Assembly (NCBI GenBank): GCA_041891055.1
Contig: CP169074.1
Coordinates: 1,344,001-1,408,000, forward strand
Length of the DNA stretch: 64,000 bases
Reading direction: 5' to 3'
From: Halorutilales archaeon Cl-col2-1
Lineage (GTDB): Archaea > Halobacteriota > Halobacteria > Halobacteriales > Afararchaeaceae
Numbering within the stretch: position 1 is the first letter of the stretch; each line of letters starts with the position of its first letter. Under the pieces are notes generated by a model, which had not been told where the DNA came from, ran no database searches, and worked only from the letters and a program-made list of their open reading frames with translations. Position numbers and translations under genes: made by a program. Below are positions 18,102-28,305 of this stretch, piece after piece.

Positions 18102-19430
18102 ATGTCTAGCTCCTCCCTCCGAGACTTCGACTTCGAACACGTCCCCGAGGACTACGGCTCGTCGTTCGAGAACGCACTCGAAAAGGCGCGCAACGGCGAA
18201 CGTCTCAGTGTCGACGACGGCGTCCAGCTTATCACGACTGGAACCGACGTCGAGGGAATAGACGAAGACAGGAAAGAGAAGGTTCTGAGGGCAGCGGACG
18301 AGAGAAGGAGGGAGGTCGTCGGGGACGAGGTCACTTTCGTCGCCAACATAAACAACAACGTCACGACGGCGTGTGACACGGGCTGTCTCTTCTGTAACTT
18401 CAAAGACCCCTCGGAGGCGTTCGAGGTCGGAAACGAGGGACGCGGATTTACGAAGACGCCCGACGAGTCGAGGGAGATAGTCGAGGACGCAGTCGAGATG
18501 GGAGTCTACGAGGTCTGTTCAGTCAGCGGTCTCCATCCCGCCTTCGCTCTCGACGACGAACACAGGGAGATACTCGAATCCTCGACGGACGACGGCGTCA
18601 GGTACGTTCCGTCGTCGGAGTACACCAAGAGTCCCGGGACGTACGTCGAACAGATAGAAGCGATGGACGTCGGCGGCGTACACGTACATTCTATGACGCC
18701 CGAGGAGGCGGCACACGCTAAGAGAGGGACTGACTGGAGCTACGAAGACGTGTACACGAGACTCAGGGAAGCGGGACTCGACTCTGCGCCGGGCACCGCG
18801 GCAGAGATACTCGTCGACGAGGTCAGGGACGTGATCTGTCCCAACAAGATAGGTACTCAGGGCTGGATCGACGCCATAGAAGGGGCTGTCTCGGCGGGTC
18901 TCGGTGTCACAGCGACGATCATGTACGGACACGTCGAGAACGAGGCTCACAGGGTACTACATCTCAAACGAGTACGTGATCTACAGGACTCGACGGGAGG
19001 AATCACTGAGTTCGTGCCTCTGTCTTTCGTCCACGAGAACACGCCGCTCTACGAGAGGGGCTTCGTCGAGTCAGGGGCATCCAACGACGAGGACGAGCTA
19101 CTCTTCGCAGTCTCACGTCTCTTCCTCGACAACATAGACAACATACAGACTAGCTGGGCGAAGTTCGGCGACCAAAAAGCACTGAGGATGCTCGACTGCG
19201 GTGCCAACGACTTCATGGGTACACTCCTCTCGGAGGAGATCACCAAACGCGCGGGAGGTGACTACGGCGAGTTCCGTTCTTTCGACGACTACGTCGAGAT
19301 GATAGAGTCTATAGGACGTGTTCCAGTCGAACGTTCGACCGATTACTCCGAGAAAAGACAGTTCGAAAACGATGTGCCGCCATATGGTCCTCGTCTGGGG
19401 CCGCAGTCCGACGGCAGTCCTCTTATCTAA
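18102..19430 (+). CDS. cofH: FO synthase subunit CofH (radical SAM)
   Basis: CDTGCLFC, PGTAAEIL, TATIMYGHVE, EFVPLSFVH, NIQTSWAK, GANDFMGT; start moved to ATG 18102. Confidence 0.9.
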   Translation: MSSSSLRDFDFEHVPEDYGSSFENALEKARNGERLSVDDGVQLITTGTDVEGIDEDRKEKVLRAADERRREVVGDEVTFVANINNNVTTACDTGCLFCNFKDPSEAFEVGNEGRGFTKTPDESREIVEDAVEMGVYEVCSVSGLHPAFALDDEHREILESSTDDGVRYVPSSEYTKSPGTYVEQIEAMDVGGVHVHSMTPEEAAHAKRGTDWSYEDVYTRLREAGLDSAPGTAAEILVDEVRDVICPNKIGTQGWIDAIEGAVSAGLGVTATIMYGHVENEAHRVLHLKRVRDLQDSTGGITEFVPLSFVHENTPLYERGFVESGASNDEDELLFAVSRLFLDNIDNIQTSWAKFGDQKALRMLDCGANDFMGTLLSEEITKRAGGDYGEFRSFDDYVEMIESIGRVPVERSTDYSEKRQFENDVPPYGPRLGPQSDGSPLI

Positions 19431-19659
19431 ACTTCTACGCGTATACTTCCGACTCTACCTCGGAGAAGCCTGCGAAAAGCTTTGCTTCCTTCTCAGTCGA
19501 GTCTTGGAGTATGAACTTTCTGTTTGCCATAACGTACATACATACTGTCTGTACGGATTTATACCTAACTGTGTCGTAACTTTTGTTATGAATGTGTTTT
19601 TTCGTTAAGGATGAGTGAGAAACCGTGTCGTATTTACTCCGTCTCCCCAAAGGCGGTTT

Positions 19660-20685
19660 ATGACGAGCGTCAAGAACTTCAGTATATACGAGGAGGCGAC
19701 CTCCGAAGAACTCGGCAGGGGGGAGTTCGTCTTTACCGACGACTACTCTGTCTTCGACTGGGGAAAGATGCCCGACAAGATAGAGTCGAAGGGGAAATCT
19801 CTCTGCACGATGGGGGCGTACAACTTTGAACTCTTAGAGGACGAGGGAATAGAGACACATTACATAGGGGTCAGAGAAGACGCCGTAAGCCTCGAAGAAG
19901 CCGACGAAGCTCCCGAGAGGATGTCTATACGTCTCACACAGGTTCCCGACCTGGAGTTTGACGAGAAGACGGGTGAGTACGACTACGAGAGCTTCCACGA
20001 TGAGGGAGGCGACAACTACCTGATACCCTTAGAGATAGTCTTCAGGAACTCCGTACCGATAGGCTCGTCTCTCAGAAAGAGGAAAGAGCCCGCCGACGTA
20101 GGGCTCGACTACGACGACTGGCCCGACGACCACGTCGATCTCGACTCGCCGATAGTCGAGTTCTCGACGAAGTTCGAGGACAAGGACAGATACCTCAACG
20201 AAGACGAGGCGTCAGAGATCAGCGGCAAGGCGGAGATCGAGGAACTCCGTGAGACGGCGAGCGAGGTCAACCGCGTCGTGACCGAGAGGGCAGACGAGGT
20301 CGGTCTATCACACGAGGACGGCAAGATAGAGTGTCTCTACTACGACGGCGATATACTCGTCGCAGATGTCGTCGGAACCTTCGACGAGAACCGTTTCCTA
20401 TACGACGGCGAACAGATAAGCAAGGAGTTCCTCCGTGGCTTCTACAAGGGATACGATCCCGACTGGGTCTCAGCGGTCGAAGACGCGAAGAAAGAGGCGG
20501 ACGAGAGGGACGTCGCCGACTGGAAGTCGCTGTGTGAGGCCGATCCTAAGCCTCTGCCTGACGAGACCGCAGCGACCGCGAGCGAACTCTACACCTCGGG
20601 CGCGAACCTCTACACGGGAAGAAACTGGTTCGACGCTCCCGAACTCGCCGAAGTAGTCGAGAAGATGCGTCGACAGACGTCTTAG
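19660..20685 (+). CDS. purC: SAICAR synthetase
   Basis: MTSVK, FTDDYSVFDWGKMPD, IPLEIVFRN, DGKIE, DVVGTFDENRF (haloarchaeal type). Confidence 0.93.
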   Translation: MTSVKNFSIYEEATSEELGRGEFVFTDDYSVFDWGKMPDKIESKGKSLCTMGAYNFELLEDEGIETHYIGVREDAVSLEEADEAPERMSIRLTQVPDLEFDEKTGEYDYESFHDEGGDNYLIPLEIVFRNSVPIGSSLRKRKEPADVGLDYDDWPDDHVDLDSPIVEFSTKFEDKDRYLNEDEASEISGKAEIEELRETASEVNRVVTERADEVGLSHEDGKIECLYYDGDILVADVVGTFDENRFLYDGEQISKEFLRGFYKGYDPDWVSAVEDAKKEADERDVADWKSLCEADPKPLPDETAATASELYTSGANLYTGRNWFDAPELAEVVEKMRRQTS

Positions 20686-20772
20686 AACCGGGTTTTTCCT
20701 ACTAAAAGAATATTTAGAATCAAAGAAGATGACGGAAGTTTTTATTACCTCATCTTCGTGATATAGTATGAT

Positions 20773-22761
20773 ATGTCAGACGATCCCGACGTGGAGTTGG
20801 AGGCAAGGCTAGAAGAACAGGAAGTATTCGAGCCCTCAGACGAGTTCGTCGAACAGGCGAACGTATCCGACGAAGAGATATACGACGAGTTCGAGGAGAA
20901 CTGGCCCGAGTCGTGGGAACGCGCCGCCGAGATGCTCGACTGGTACGAGGAGTACGACGAAGTACTTGACGACTCCGACGCACCCTTCTACGAGTGGTTC
21001 ACGGGAGGTAAGCTCAACGCGTCTTACAACTGCATAGACAGACACATAGAGAACGGCAGGAAGAACCACGCCGCGATAAAGTGGGAGGGTGAGTACGGAG
21101 AGACACGTACCTACACCTACCAGGATCTCTACCGTGAGGTCAACGAGTTCGCCGCCGCGCTCCGCGAGATGGGTGTCGAGGAGGGCGACGTCGTCACCCT
21201 CTACATGCCGATGGTTCCCGAGCTTCCGATAGCGATGCTCGCGTGTGCGAGGATAGGCGCGCCCCACAGCGTAGTCTTCGCCGGCTTCTCCGCGGAGGCA
21301 CTCGCCACGAGGATGGACTCGGCGGCTTCGGAGTACCTCGTGACGTGTGACGGATACTACAGGAGAGGAGACGCCCTCGAGCACCTCGACAAGGCAAACG
21401 AGGGTCTCGAAGAGCTCGAGAGTGAAAGTCACGACGTCGAGGATGTCATAGTCGTCGACCGTCTCGGAGACGAATACGACCATGAACTCGGCGAGAACCA
21501 GCACGACTACGACGAACTCGTCGAGGAACAGAAGGGCGAGAGGGTCGAGCCCGTGGAGAGAGACGCCGAGGACATGCTCTTCCTGATGTACACTTCGGGT
21601 ACGACGGGCAAGCCCAAGGGTGTCAAACACACCACGGGAGGCTACCTGTCTTACGTGACATGGACATCGCACGCAGTCCTCGACATCAAGCCCGAGGACT
21701 CGTACTGGTGTTCCGCCGACATAGGATGGATCACGGGACACTCCTACATCGTCTACGGTCCCCTCTCGCTCGGTACGACGAGCATCATGTACGAGGGCGC
21801 GCCCGACTTCCCCGAGAAGGACAGGTTCTGGGAGCTCGTCGAGAAGTACAGCGTCGATATATTCTACACAGCACCGACTGCGATACGTGCGTTCATGAAA
21901 TGGGGAGACGAGTACCCCGCAATGCACGACCTGTCGTCGCTCCGTCTCCTCGGAACTGTCGGAGAGCCGATCAATCCGCGCGCGTGGAAGTGGTACTACA
22001 AACACATCGGAAACGAGGACTGCCCCGTAGTAGACACATGGTGGCAGACTGAGACGGGCGGAATGATGGTCACGACACTCCCCGGAGTGAAGGACATGAA
22101 GCCCGGAAGCGCAGGTCCGCCACTCCCCGGAATTGACGGTCAGATCGTCGACACAAACGGTGACGAAGTCGACGAAGGAAGGGCAGGATACCTCACGGTC
22201 AACAAGCCCTGGCCCGGAATGCTCAGGACGGTCTATAAGAACAACGACCGTTACATATCCGAATACTGGGAGGAGTACTCCGACCCCGAGGAAGACGAGT
22301 GGGTCTACTTCCCCGAGGACGGTGCTAAGATAGACAGCGACGACTACATCACTGTCCTCGGACGTGTCGACGACGTCGTCAACGTCTCGGGACACCGTCT
22401 CGGCACGATGGAGATAGAGAGTGCCGTCGTAGGAGTCCCCGGAGTCGCAGAAGCCGCCGCTGTCGGAGGAGACCACGAGCTCAAGGGCGAGGCTGTCTAT
22501 GTCTATGTCATCACGGAGGAGGGACAGAGGGGCAACGACGAGCTACGTCAGGAGATAATGGACGAGGTCGACGACGCGATAGGTCCGATAGCGCGACCCG
22601 AGGACGTCTTCTTCACACCCGAGCTTCCGAAGACAAGGTCGGGCAAGATAATGAGACGTCTCCTCGAAGACATAGTCAACGGCGACGAGCTCGGAGACAC
22701 GAGCACCCTCCGCAACCCCGAGATAGTCGACGACATACAGGATCTCGTCGAGAGCAGATAG
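20773..22761 (+). CDS. acs: Acetate-CoA ligase (AMP-forming)
   Basis: YTSGTTGKPKG, ADIGWITGHSY, DTWWQTETGG, LPKTRSGKIMRR. Confidence 0.96.
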   Translation: MSDDPDVELEARLEEQEVFEPSDEFVEQANVSDEEIYDEFEENWPESWERAAEMLDWYEEYDEVLDDSDAPFYEWFTGGKLNASYNCIDRHIENGRKNHAAIKWEGEYGETRTYTYQDLYREVNEFAAALREMGVEEGDVVTLYMPMVPELPIAMLACARIGAPHSVVFAGFSAEALATRMDSAASEYLVTCDGYYRRGDALEHLDKANEGLEELESESHDVEDVIVVDRLGDEYDHELGENQHDYDELVEEQKGERVEPVERDAEDMLFLMYTSGTTGKPKGVKHTTGGYLSYVTWTSHAVLDIKPEDSYWCSADIGWITGHSYIVYGPLSLGTTSIMYEGAPDFPEKDRFWELVEKYSVDIFYTAPTAIRAFMKWGDEYPAMHDLSSLRLLGTVGEPINPRAWKWYYKHIGNEDCPVVDTWWQTETGGMMVTTLPGVKDMKPGSAGPPLPGIDGQIVDTNGDEVDEGRAGYLTVNKPWPGMLRTVYKNNDRYISEYWEEYSDPEEDEWVYFPEDGAKIDSDDYITVLGRVDDVVNVSGHRLGTMEIESAVVGVPGVAEAAAVGGDHELKGEAVYVYVITEEGQRGNDELRQEIMDEVDDAIGPIARPEDVFFTPELPKTRSGKIMRRLLEDIVNGDELGDTSTLRNPEIVDDIQDLVESR

Positions 22762-22916
22762 ACGCCGAGACGTCTTTTTCCGACTTCTCTTTTAAGCGCA
22801 ATTATCCCAAACAGTAATGTAAATTATTATTTATAATCGTGCCTTCAGAGAGATAAATTATGACATATACCGAAAACAAAAATTCTTATGATAACTTGGT
22901 ATGTTAATCTCTAACT

Positions 22917-24527
22917 ATGAAGAAGGAGCTTCTAGTAACCGACTTCCTCGACAGGGCGCGCCGGCACTACGGCGACGCCGAGGCAGTCGTAGCGACAACA
23001 GGAGAGAGGTACACCTACGACGAGCTAGGAGACAGAGTCGACCGTCTCTCCGCCGCTCTCCAGGACAGAGGTATAGAGAAGGGGGACAAGGTCGGTGTCT
23101 TAGACCCCAACACGCATTACCACCTTGAGTCGGCGTACGGTATCATGCAGATAGGCGGTGTACACACTCCCCTCAACTACCGCTTAACGCCCGACGACTA
23201 CGAGTACATACTCAACGACGCGGAGGTAAAAGCGATCTACGCCGACTACGAGTACGCCGACAAAATAAACGAAATACGTGACGACGTCCCAACAGAGGTC
23301 TTCATCACTAACGATCCTTCGGAAGTCGAAGGCGACTGGGAGGACTTCGACGACGTACTCGACGACGCTGATCCCGACTCCTACGAACGTCCCGAAATGT
23401 CCGAGGACGAAGTCATCACTATAAACTACACCTCCGGCACTACCGGCGACCCCAAGGGCGTCATGCGTACTCACCGGACTGAGACACTCCACGCCTACAT
23501 AATAACCAACCACCACGAGGTCTACGACGACGACGTCTACCTCTGGACTCTCCCGATGTTCCACGTCAACGGCTGGGGACACATATACGCCGTAACCGGC
23601 ATGGGCGCGAAACACGTCTGTACGCGCGGAATCGACGCCGAGTGGATATTCGACACAGTGCGCGACGAAGACGTCTCGTTCCTCTGTGCCGCTCCTACCG
23701 TCCTCAACCTCCTCATCGAGTACTACCACGAGAACGAACCCGAGACTGCGGGCGACAACGACGTCCGTGTCACTACCGCCGGTAGCGCGCCCCCTGAGGC
23801 TACTATACGTACTGTCGAGGACGACTTCGGCTGGTACCTCAAACACCTCTACGGTGCGACAGAGACGGGTCCTCTCATAACTCAGTCCGACGCTCGACGG
23901 TACATCGACGATGAGACGAGGTTCGACATCAAGAAGAAACAGGGCATGGGCGTCTTAGGAACACACGTCGATGTCGTAGACGAGAACGGAGAGTCAGTCC
24001 CGCGGGACAACTCGACTCTCGGAGAGATAGTCGTCAAGGGCAACCAGATCATGGACGGATACTGGAACAAGCCCGAGGAGACCGAGAAGGCGTTCAACGA
24101 CAGACGCGAGGGCTGGTTCCACACAGGCGACTTAGCCGTCATAGACGAAAACGGCATGGTCTCGATACAGGACAGGAAGAAGGACATCATCATCTCGGGT
24201 GGAGAGAACATCTCGTCGATAGAGCTCGAAGACGCTCTCTTCGACCACCACAAGGTCGGCGATGTCGCCGTAATACCCGCTCCGAGCGAGGAGTGGGGCG
24301 AAGTCCCCAAGGCTTTCGTCGTCCCCGAAAACAACGACCCAGAAAACCCCGGCATGACCCAGGACGAGCTCATCGAGTTCTGCCGCGAAAACCTCGCCTC
24401 CTACAAAATAATCAAGGACGCCGAGTTCGTCGACTCCCTTCCCACCACCGCAACCGGAAAGGTTCAGAAGAACAAGCTACGTGAGGAGGAGTGGGAGGAA
24501 GAAGACCGCATGGTCGGTCAGGGATAG
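22917..24527 (+). CDS. Acyl-CoA synthetase (fatty-acid-CoA ligase family)
   Basis: YTSGTTGDPKG, LPMFHVNGW, YGATETG, GWFHTGD, DRKKDIIISGGENI. Confidence 0.92.
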   Translation: MKKELLVTDFLDRARRHYGDAEAVVATTGERYTYDELGDRVDRLSAALQDRGIEKGDKVGVLDPNTHYHLESAYGIMQIGGVHTPLNYRLTPDDYEYILNDAEVKAIYADYEYADKINEIRDDVPTEVFITNDPSEVEGDWEDFDDVLDDADPDSYERPEMSEDEVITINYTSGTTGDPKGVMRTHRTETLHAYIITNHHEVYDDDVYLWTLPMFHVNGWGHIYAVTGMGAKHVCTRGIDAEWIFDTVRDEDVSFLCAAPTVLNLLIEYYHENEPETAGDNDVRVTTAGSAPPEATIRTVEDDFGWYLKHLYGATETGPLITQSDARRYIDDETRFDIKKKQGMGVLGTHVDVVDENGESVPRDNSTLGEIVVKGNQIMDGYWNKPEETEKAFNDRREGWFHTGDLAVIDENGMVSIQDRKKDIIISGGENISSIELEDALFDHHKVGDVAVIPAPSEEWGEVPKAFVVPENNDPENPGMTQDELIEFCRENLASYKIIKDAEFVDSLPTTATGKVQKNKLREEEWEEEDRMVGQG

Positions 24528-24536
24528 TGAACACCC

Positions 24537-24545
24537 TCTTTTTTT
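24537..24545 (+). terminator. T-rich terminator candidate
   Basis: Oligo-T tract about 10 nt after the stop at 24527. Confidence 0.4.
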
Positions 24546-24583
24546 AGACGTATTTATAATAGTTCAATATTATAATAGAGTCC

Positions 24584-24599
24584 GATAATTTAAATTATC
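24584..24599. promoter_or_regulatory. Perfect 16-bp palindrome GATAATTTAAATTATC upstream of the ABC operon
   Basis: Self-complementary sequence in an AT-rich intergenic region about 85 nt upstream of 24684. Confidence 0.45.
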
Positions 24600-24683
24600 T
24601 TCAATTAACCTAAACGTCTATTATCATATAAAATGTCGTGCATAACCGTAATTATTAATACCTAGACCGGTTCTTTTTCTCAC

Positions 24684-26123
24684 ATGGCTCGAGACAACAA
24701 CGAAGCTCGAGATTCAGACGGGCTTTCGAGACGTGACGTAGTGAAGATGGCAGGAGCAACGAGTGTCGCAGGAATAACCGGACTCGCCGGCTGTACCGGA
24801 GGCGGCGGTGGCGGTGAAGGCGGAGACGGCGGTGGCGGCGGCGACGGAGGAGACGGCGGCGGTGGCGGAGGGGGCTCCGAGTACCCCGAGATAGGAAACT
24901 ACACGCCCGGACTCGACGCCGGAGAGGAAGACGTCGTCTTCGGGTTCAACGTTCCTCAGTCAGGGCCTTACTCCGCAGAGGGCGAGGACGAACTCAGAGC
25001 CTACGAGCTCGCTGTCAAGCACCTCAACAACGGTGGCGGCTGGGTTGACGACTGGGATGACCTCTCGGGCGACGGCGTCCTCGGAAACGAGGTCGACTAC
25101 GTCGACGGAGATACAGCGACAGACCCCGACACCGGAAGACAGTCAGCGTCGCGCATGATACAGCGTGACAATATCATAATGTTCTCGGGCGGATCTTCGA
25201 GTGCTGTCGCGATAGCTCAGCAGGGGCTCGCGCAGGACGAGAAGGTTCAGTTCATGGCGTGTATGACTCACTCGAACGACACCACAGGTAAGGACTGTGT
25301 ACGTTACTCGTTCCGTGAGTGTTTCAACGCCTACATGACGGGACAGGCGCTCGCGCCCGTCCTGAAGGAGGAGTACGGCGAGGACATGAGCTTCTACCAG
25401 CTCTACGCCGACTACTCGTGGGGACAGACACAGCAAGCTTCGATGAACCAGTTCCTCACCGACATCGCAGGCTGGGAACAGGTCGACAGCGTCGCTACGC
25501 CTCTCGGTACGAGCGACTTCTCGAACTACCTCTCCGATGCCGCGGACTCGGGTGCCGACGTCCTGATACTCAACCACTACGGACTCGACGCCGCGAACTC
25601 GCTCCCACAGGCGGTAGACGCGGGAATCAAGGAGGACATGGAGATAGTCGTCCCCCTCTACAACCGCCTGATGGCTGATGCAGCCGCGGATTCGATAGAG
25701 GGAGTCTTCGGAACAGTCGCGTGGACATCGCTGATAGACAACGAGTACGCCAACTCGTTCACTGAGGTCTTCGGAAACGAGTACGACGGACGTATCCCAT
25801 CAGGTCCCGCTCTCCTCGCGTACGCACAGACTCTCCAGTACGCCGCCGCGGTCGAGCGTGCAGGTACGTTCTACCCGCCCGAGGTCATAAGAGAGCTAGA
25901 GGGACACGAGTACGACAACGCCGGATACGGTGAAGAGGTCATGAGGGAGTGTGACCATCAGGCGTTCCACGACATCGCTGTCGTCAGAGGACTCCCCGAG
26001 TCGGATCAGGAAGACGGCAAGTACTTCGAGCTTGTCAGCCAGACGGCGCGCGACGACATCACGTACGGATGTGACGAAGGTCCTGCCGCCGAGTGTGAGC
26101 TCGGGAACTACGGCGACGAGTAG
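24684..26123 (+). CDS. ABC transporter substrate-binding lipoprotein (LivK-like)
   Basis: SRRDVV Tat motif, LAGC lipobox, Gly linker, PQSGPY, GGSSSAVA, ADYSWG. Confidence 0.9.
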   Translation: MARDNNEARDSDGLSRRDVVKMAGATSVAGITGLAGCTGGGGGGEGGDGGGGGDGGDGGGGGGGSEYPEIGNYTPGLDAGEEDVVFGFNVPQSGPYSAEGEDELRAYELAVKHLNNGGGWVDDWDDLSGDGVLGNEVDYVDGDTATDPDTGRQSASRMIQRDNIIMFSGGSSSAVAIAQQGLAQDEKVQFMACMTHSNDTTGKDCVRYSFRECFNAYMTGQALAPVLKEEYGEDMSFYQLYADYSWGQTQQASMNQFLTDIAGWEQVDSVATPLGTSDFSNYLSDAADSGADVLILNHYGLDAANSLPQAVDAGIKEDMEIVVPLYNRLMADAAADSIEGVFGTVAWTSLIDNEYANSFTEVFGNEYDGRIPSGPALLAYAQTLQYAAAVERAGTFYPPEVIRELEGHEYDNAGYGEEVMRECDHQAFHDIAVVRGLPESDQEDGKYFELVSQTARDDITYGCDEGPAAECELGNYGDE

Positions 26124-26242
26124 ACGTCGTAACGAGTTTCAACCACCACATTCATCATTTATAGATATACATCCATCTAACAGCCAAATATGTCAGAGAA
26201 CTATCATAACAGCCGTATAGACGGAGGTAAGGGGGTGACCCC

Positions 26243-27208
26243 ATGAGTCTGGCAGCCGATATCGCCAGTGTTCTCCTCAACAGCCTTCAGACGGGAGCAA
26301 TATACGTCTTGCTCGCCGTGGGTCTCTCGATTATACTCGGGACTCTCAAGTTCGTCAACTTCGCTCACGGTGCTCTCTACCTCATAGGAGCGTACGCGGG
26401 TATTCTGATAGCCGGAGAGATGAGCCTGAGCAACGGAAAGTTACAGGAGTGGGGGATGTCGACTATCGGTCTCGACCTCGGCTACACCGCCGCCCTGATT
26501 CTGGTTCCGATACTTGTGTTCGTGATAGGACTCCTGATGGAGAGGTTCGTCGCGCGACCTTTCTACGACAGACCCGATACTGACCAGATACTCGTGACGT
26601 TCGGTCTCGCAGTCATAGTTCAGGAGCTCTTCAGAGCGATGTTCGGCGGAAACTCACAGAACTTCAGCCAGCCCCAGTGGGCGAGCGGCGCTGTTAATCT
26701 CCCTGTGGTCGGTAACTTCCCCGAGTGGCGTCTCTGGGTCATAGGAATTACCGCGGTGCTCGTCTTACTCGTGATCGGTCTGATAGAGTACACCGACTTC
26801 GGTCTGATAGTCAGAGCCGGTACTCTCGACTCCGAGATGGTACGTCTCTTAGGTATCAAGCTCGACAGACAGTACCTCATCGTCTTCGGAATAGGTGCGG
26901 CGCTCGCTGGCGTCGCGGGAGTCGTCGGAGGACCCCTCGAACTCGTCAACCCGAACGTCGGCACGGGAATACTCGTTCCGGCGTTCATCACTGTCGTGAT
27001 AGGAGGGGTTGGTAGTACACGCGGAGCCGTCGCTGGAGGACTACTCCTCGGATTCGTCGAGTCGACGCTGATAGCTCTTCCAAGTCTGACAGTCGGATCG
27101 TTCACGCTCAACTTCGCACCGTGGTCACAGGTCGGAATGTACGCACTCGCCGCGATAGTCCTACTCGTGCGTCCTCAGGGACTCTTCGGTAAGGAGGTGG
27201 AAGCATGA
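26243..27208 (+). CDS. livH: Liv-type ABC permease LivH
   Basis: LLAVGLSIILG..VNFAHG, VVIGGVGS, LLVRPQGLFG. Confidence 0.9.
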   Translation: MSLAADIASVLLNSLQTGAIYVLLAVGLSIILGTLKFVNFAHGALYLIGAYAGILIAGEMSLSNGKLQEWGMSTIGLDLGYTAALILVPILVFVIGLLMERFVARPFYDRPDTDQILVTFGLAVIVQELFRAMFGGNSQNFSQPQWASGAVNLPVVGNFPEWRLWVIGITAVLVLLVIGLIEYTDFGLIVRAGTLDSEMVRLLGIKLDRQYLIVFGIGAALAGVAGVVGGPLELVNPNVGTGILVPAFITVVIGGVGSTRGAVAGGLLLGFVESTLIALPSLTVGSFTLNFAPWSQVGMYALAAIVLLVRPQGLFGKEVEA

Positions 27209-28305
27209 GTCTCGCACAGACTTGGGACAGCATAAAGGAGAGAGAGCTCTTCGTGATGGGTGCGGTTCTGGTAGTCTTCGCAGTCTTCCCGTACCTACTC
27301 ACCGACTTCTTCGTGATGAACATGGTAGTCGAGTCGCTCGAATCCGCGGGGATGGAAGGCATAGCCGACCTACTCGACAACATGAGAGGCTGGAACGAGC
27401 TAGCCTCCCTGGTACTCATCTGGGGTATCTTCGCTATGGGATACGACCTTCTCCTCGGATACACAGGTCTCCTCTCGTTCGGACATGCCGCATTCTGGGG
27501 AGTCGGTGCCTACTCGGCGGGGTACTTCAGCGCGCACGTCTCGTCGAGCCCGATTCTGATACTCATAGTCGGAACCGTAGTCGCGGTTCTGACGGCGTGG
27601 CTACTCGGCTATCTCTCGCTGAGACGCGGAGGCATATACTTCTCGATACTCACACTCGTCTTCGCACAGATGATGTTCTACCTCGCGTCTTCGCCACTCT
27701 CGTTCATAACCAACGGAGAGAACGGCTTCACCGACATGGAGGTCGGAGAGCTCTTCGGAACCTACGACCTAGGAAGCGAGTTCATAGTCTTAGGAGACTT
27801 CATAGGAGGCTGGCTCTACGTCTTCGTGGCGATCATAGGCGTGATCTGTGTAGGAATAGCTTACAGAATACTTAACTCGCCGTACGGTCTCGTCTTCCAC
27901 GCTATACACGAGAACGAACAGAGGGCGGAGTTCGTCGGACTCAACGTCGGAAGGTACAAGCTGATGTCGTTCGTGATATCGGGCTTCTTCGCGGGTGTCG
28001 CCGGGAGCCTCTTCGCGATCCACGGAAGCTACGTTCCGCTTGAGTCACTCTACTGGACCACGAGCGGGGAGGTCGTCATAATGTCGATACTAGGAGGTAC
28101 GGGTTCGCTCTTCGGTCCGATATTCGGAGCCGGAGTCTACCTCTACATCGAGAACATAGTGGTCAGTCTTCCCGTGATAGGCGACTTCTGGCACCTCATA
28201 CTCGGTGTCGTCTTCGTCATCACGATAGCCTTCTTCCCGAGCGGAGTCTGGGGAGCCGTCTCGAAGATACGTTCGTTAGTACGGCGGACAGGAGGTGATA
28301 GATAA
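27205..28305 (+). CDS. livM: Liv-type ABC permease LivM
   Basis: LLGYTGLLSFGHAAF, TNGENG, AIHENE, ILGGTGS. Confidence 0.9.
   Translation: MSLAQTWDSIKERELFVMGAVLVVFAVFPYLLTDFFVMNMVVESLESAGMEGIADLLDNMRGWNELASLVLIWGIFAMGYDLLLGYTGLLSFGHAAFWGVGAYSAGYFSAHVSSSPILILIVGTVVAVLTAWLLGYLSLRRGGIYFSILTLVFAQMMFYLASSPLSFITNGENGFTDMEVGELFGTYDLGSEFIVLGDFIGGWLYVFVAIIGVICVGIAYRILNSPYGLVFHAIHENEQRAEFVGLNVGRYKLMSFVISGFFAGVAGSLFAIHGSYVPLESLYWTTSGEVVIMSILGGTGSLFGPIFGAGVYLYIENIVVSLPVIGDFWHLILGVVFVITIAFFPSGVWGAVSKIRSLVRRTGGDR

Noticed and set aside
20836-22476. 546-aa minus-strand ORF and many similar long antisense ORFs (e.g. 42380..43258, 54489..55529, 61849..62577)
   Set aside because: Shadows of well-supported genes, caused by GC-rich acidic codon bias; no recognisable motifs.
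24798-24875. GGC-rich tandem repeat
   Set aside because: Ordinary Gly-rich linker after the lipobox of the binding protein.
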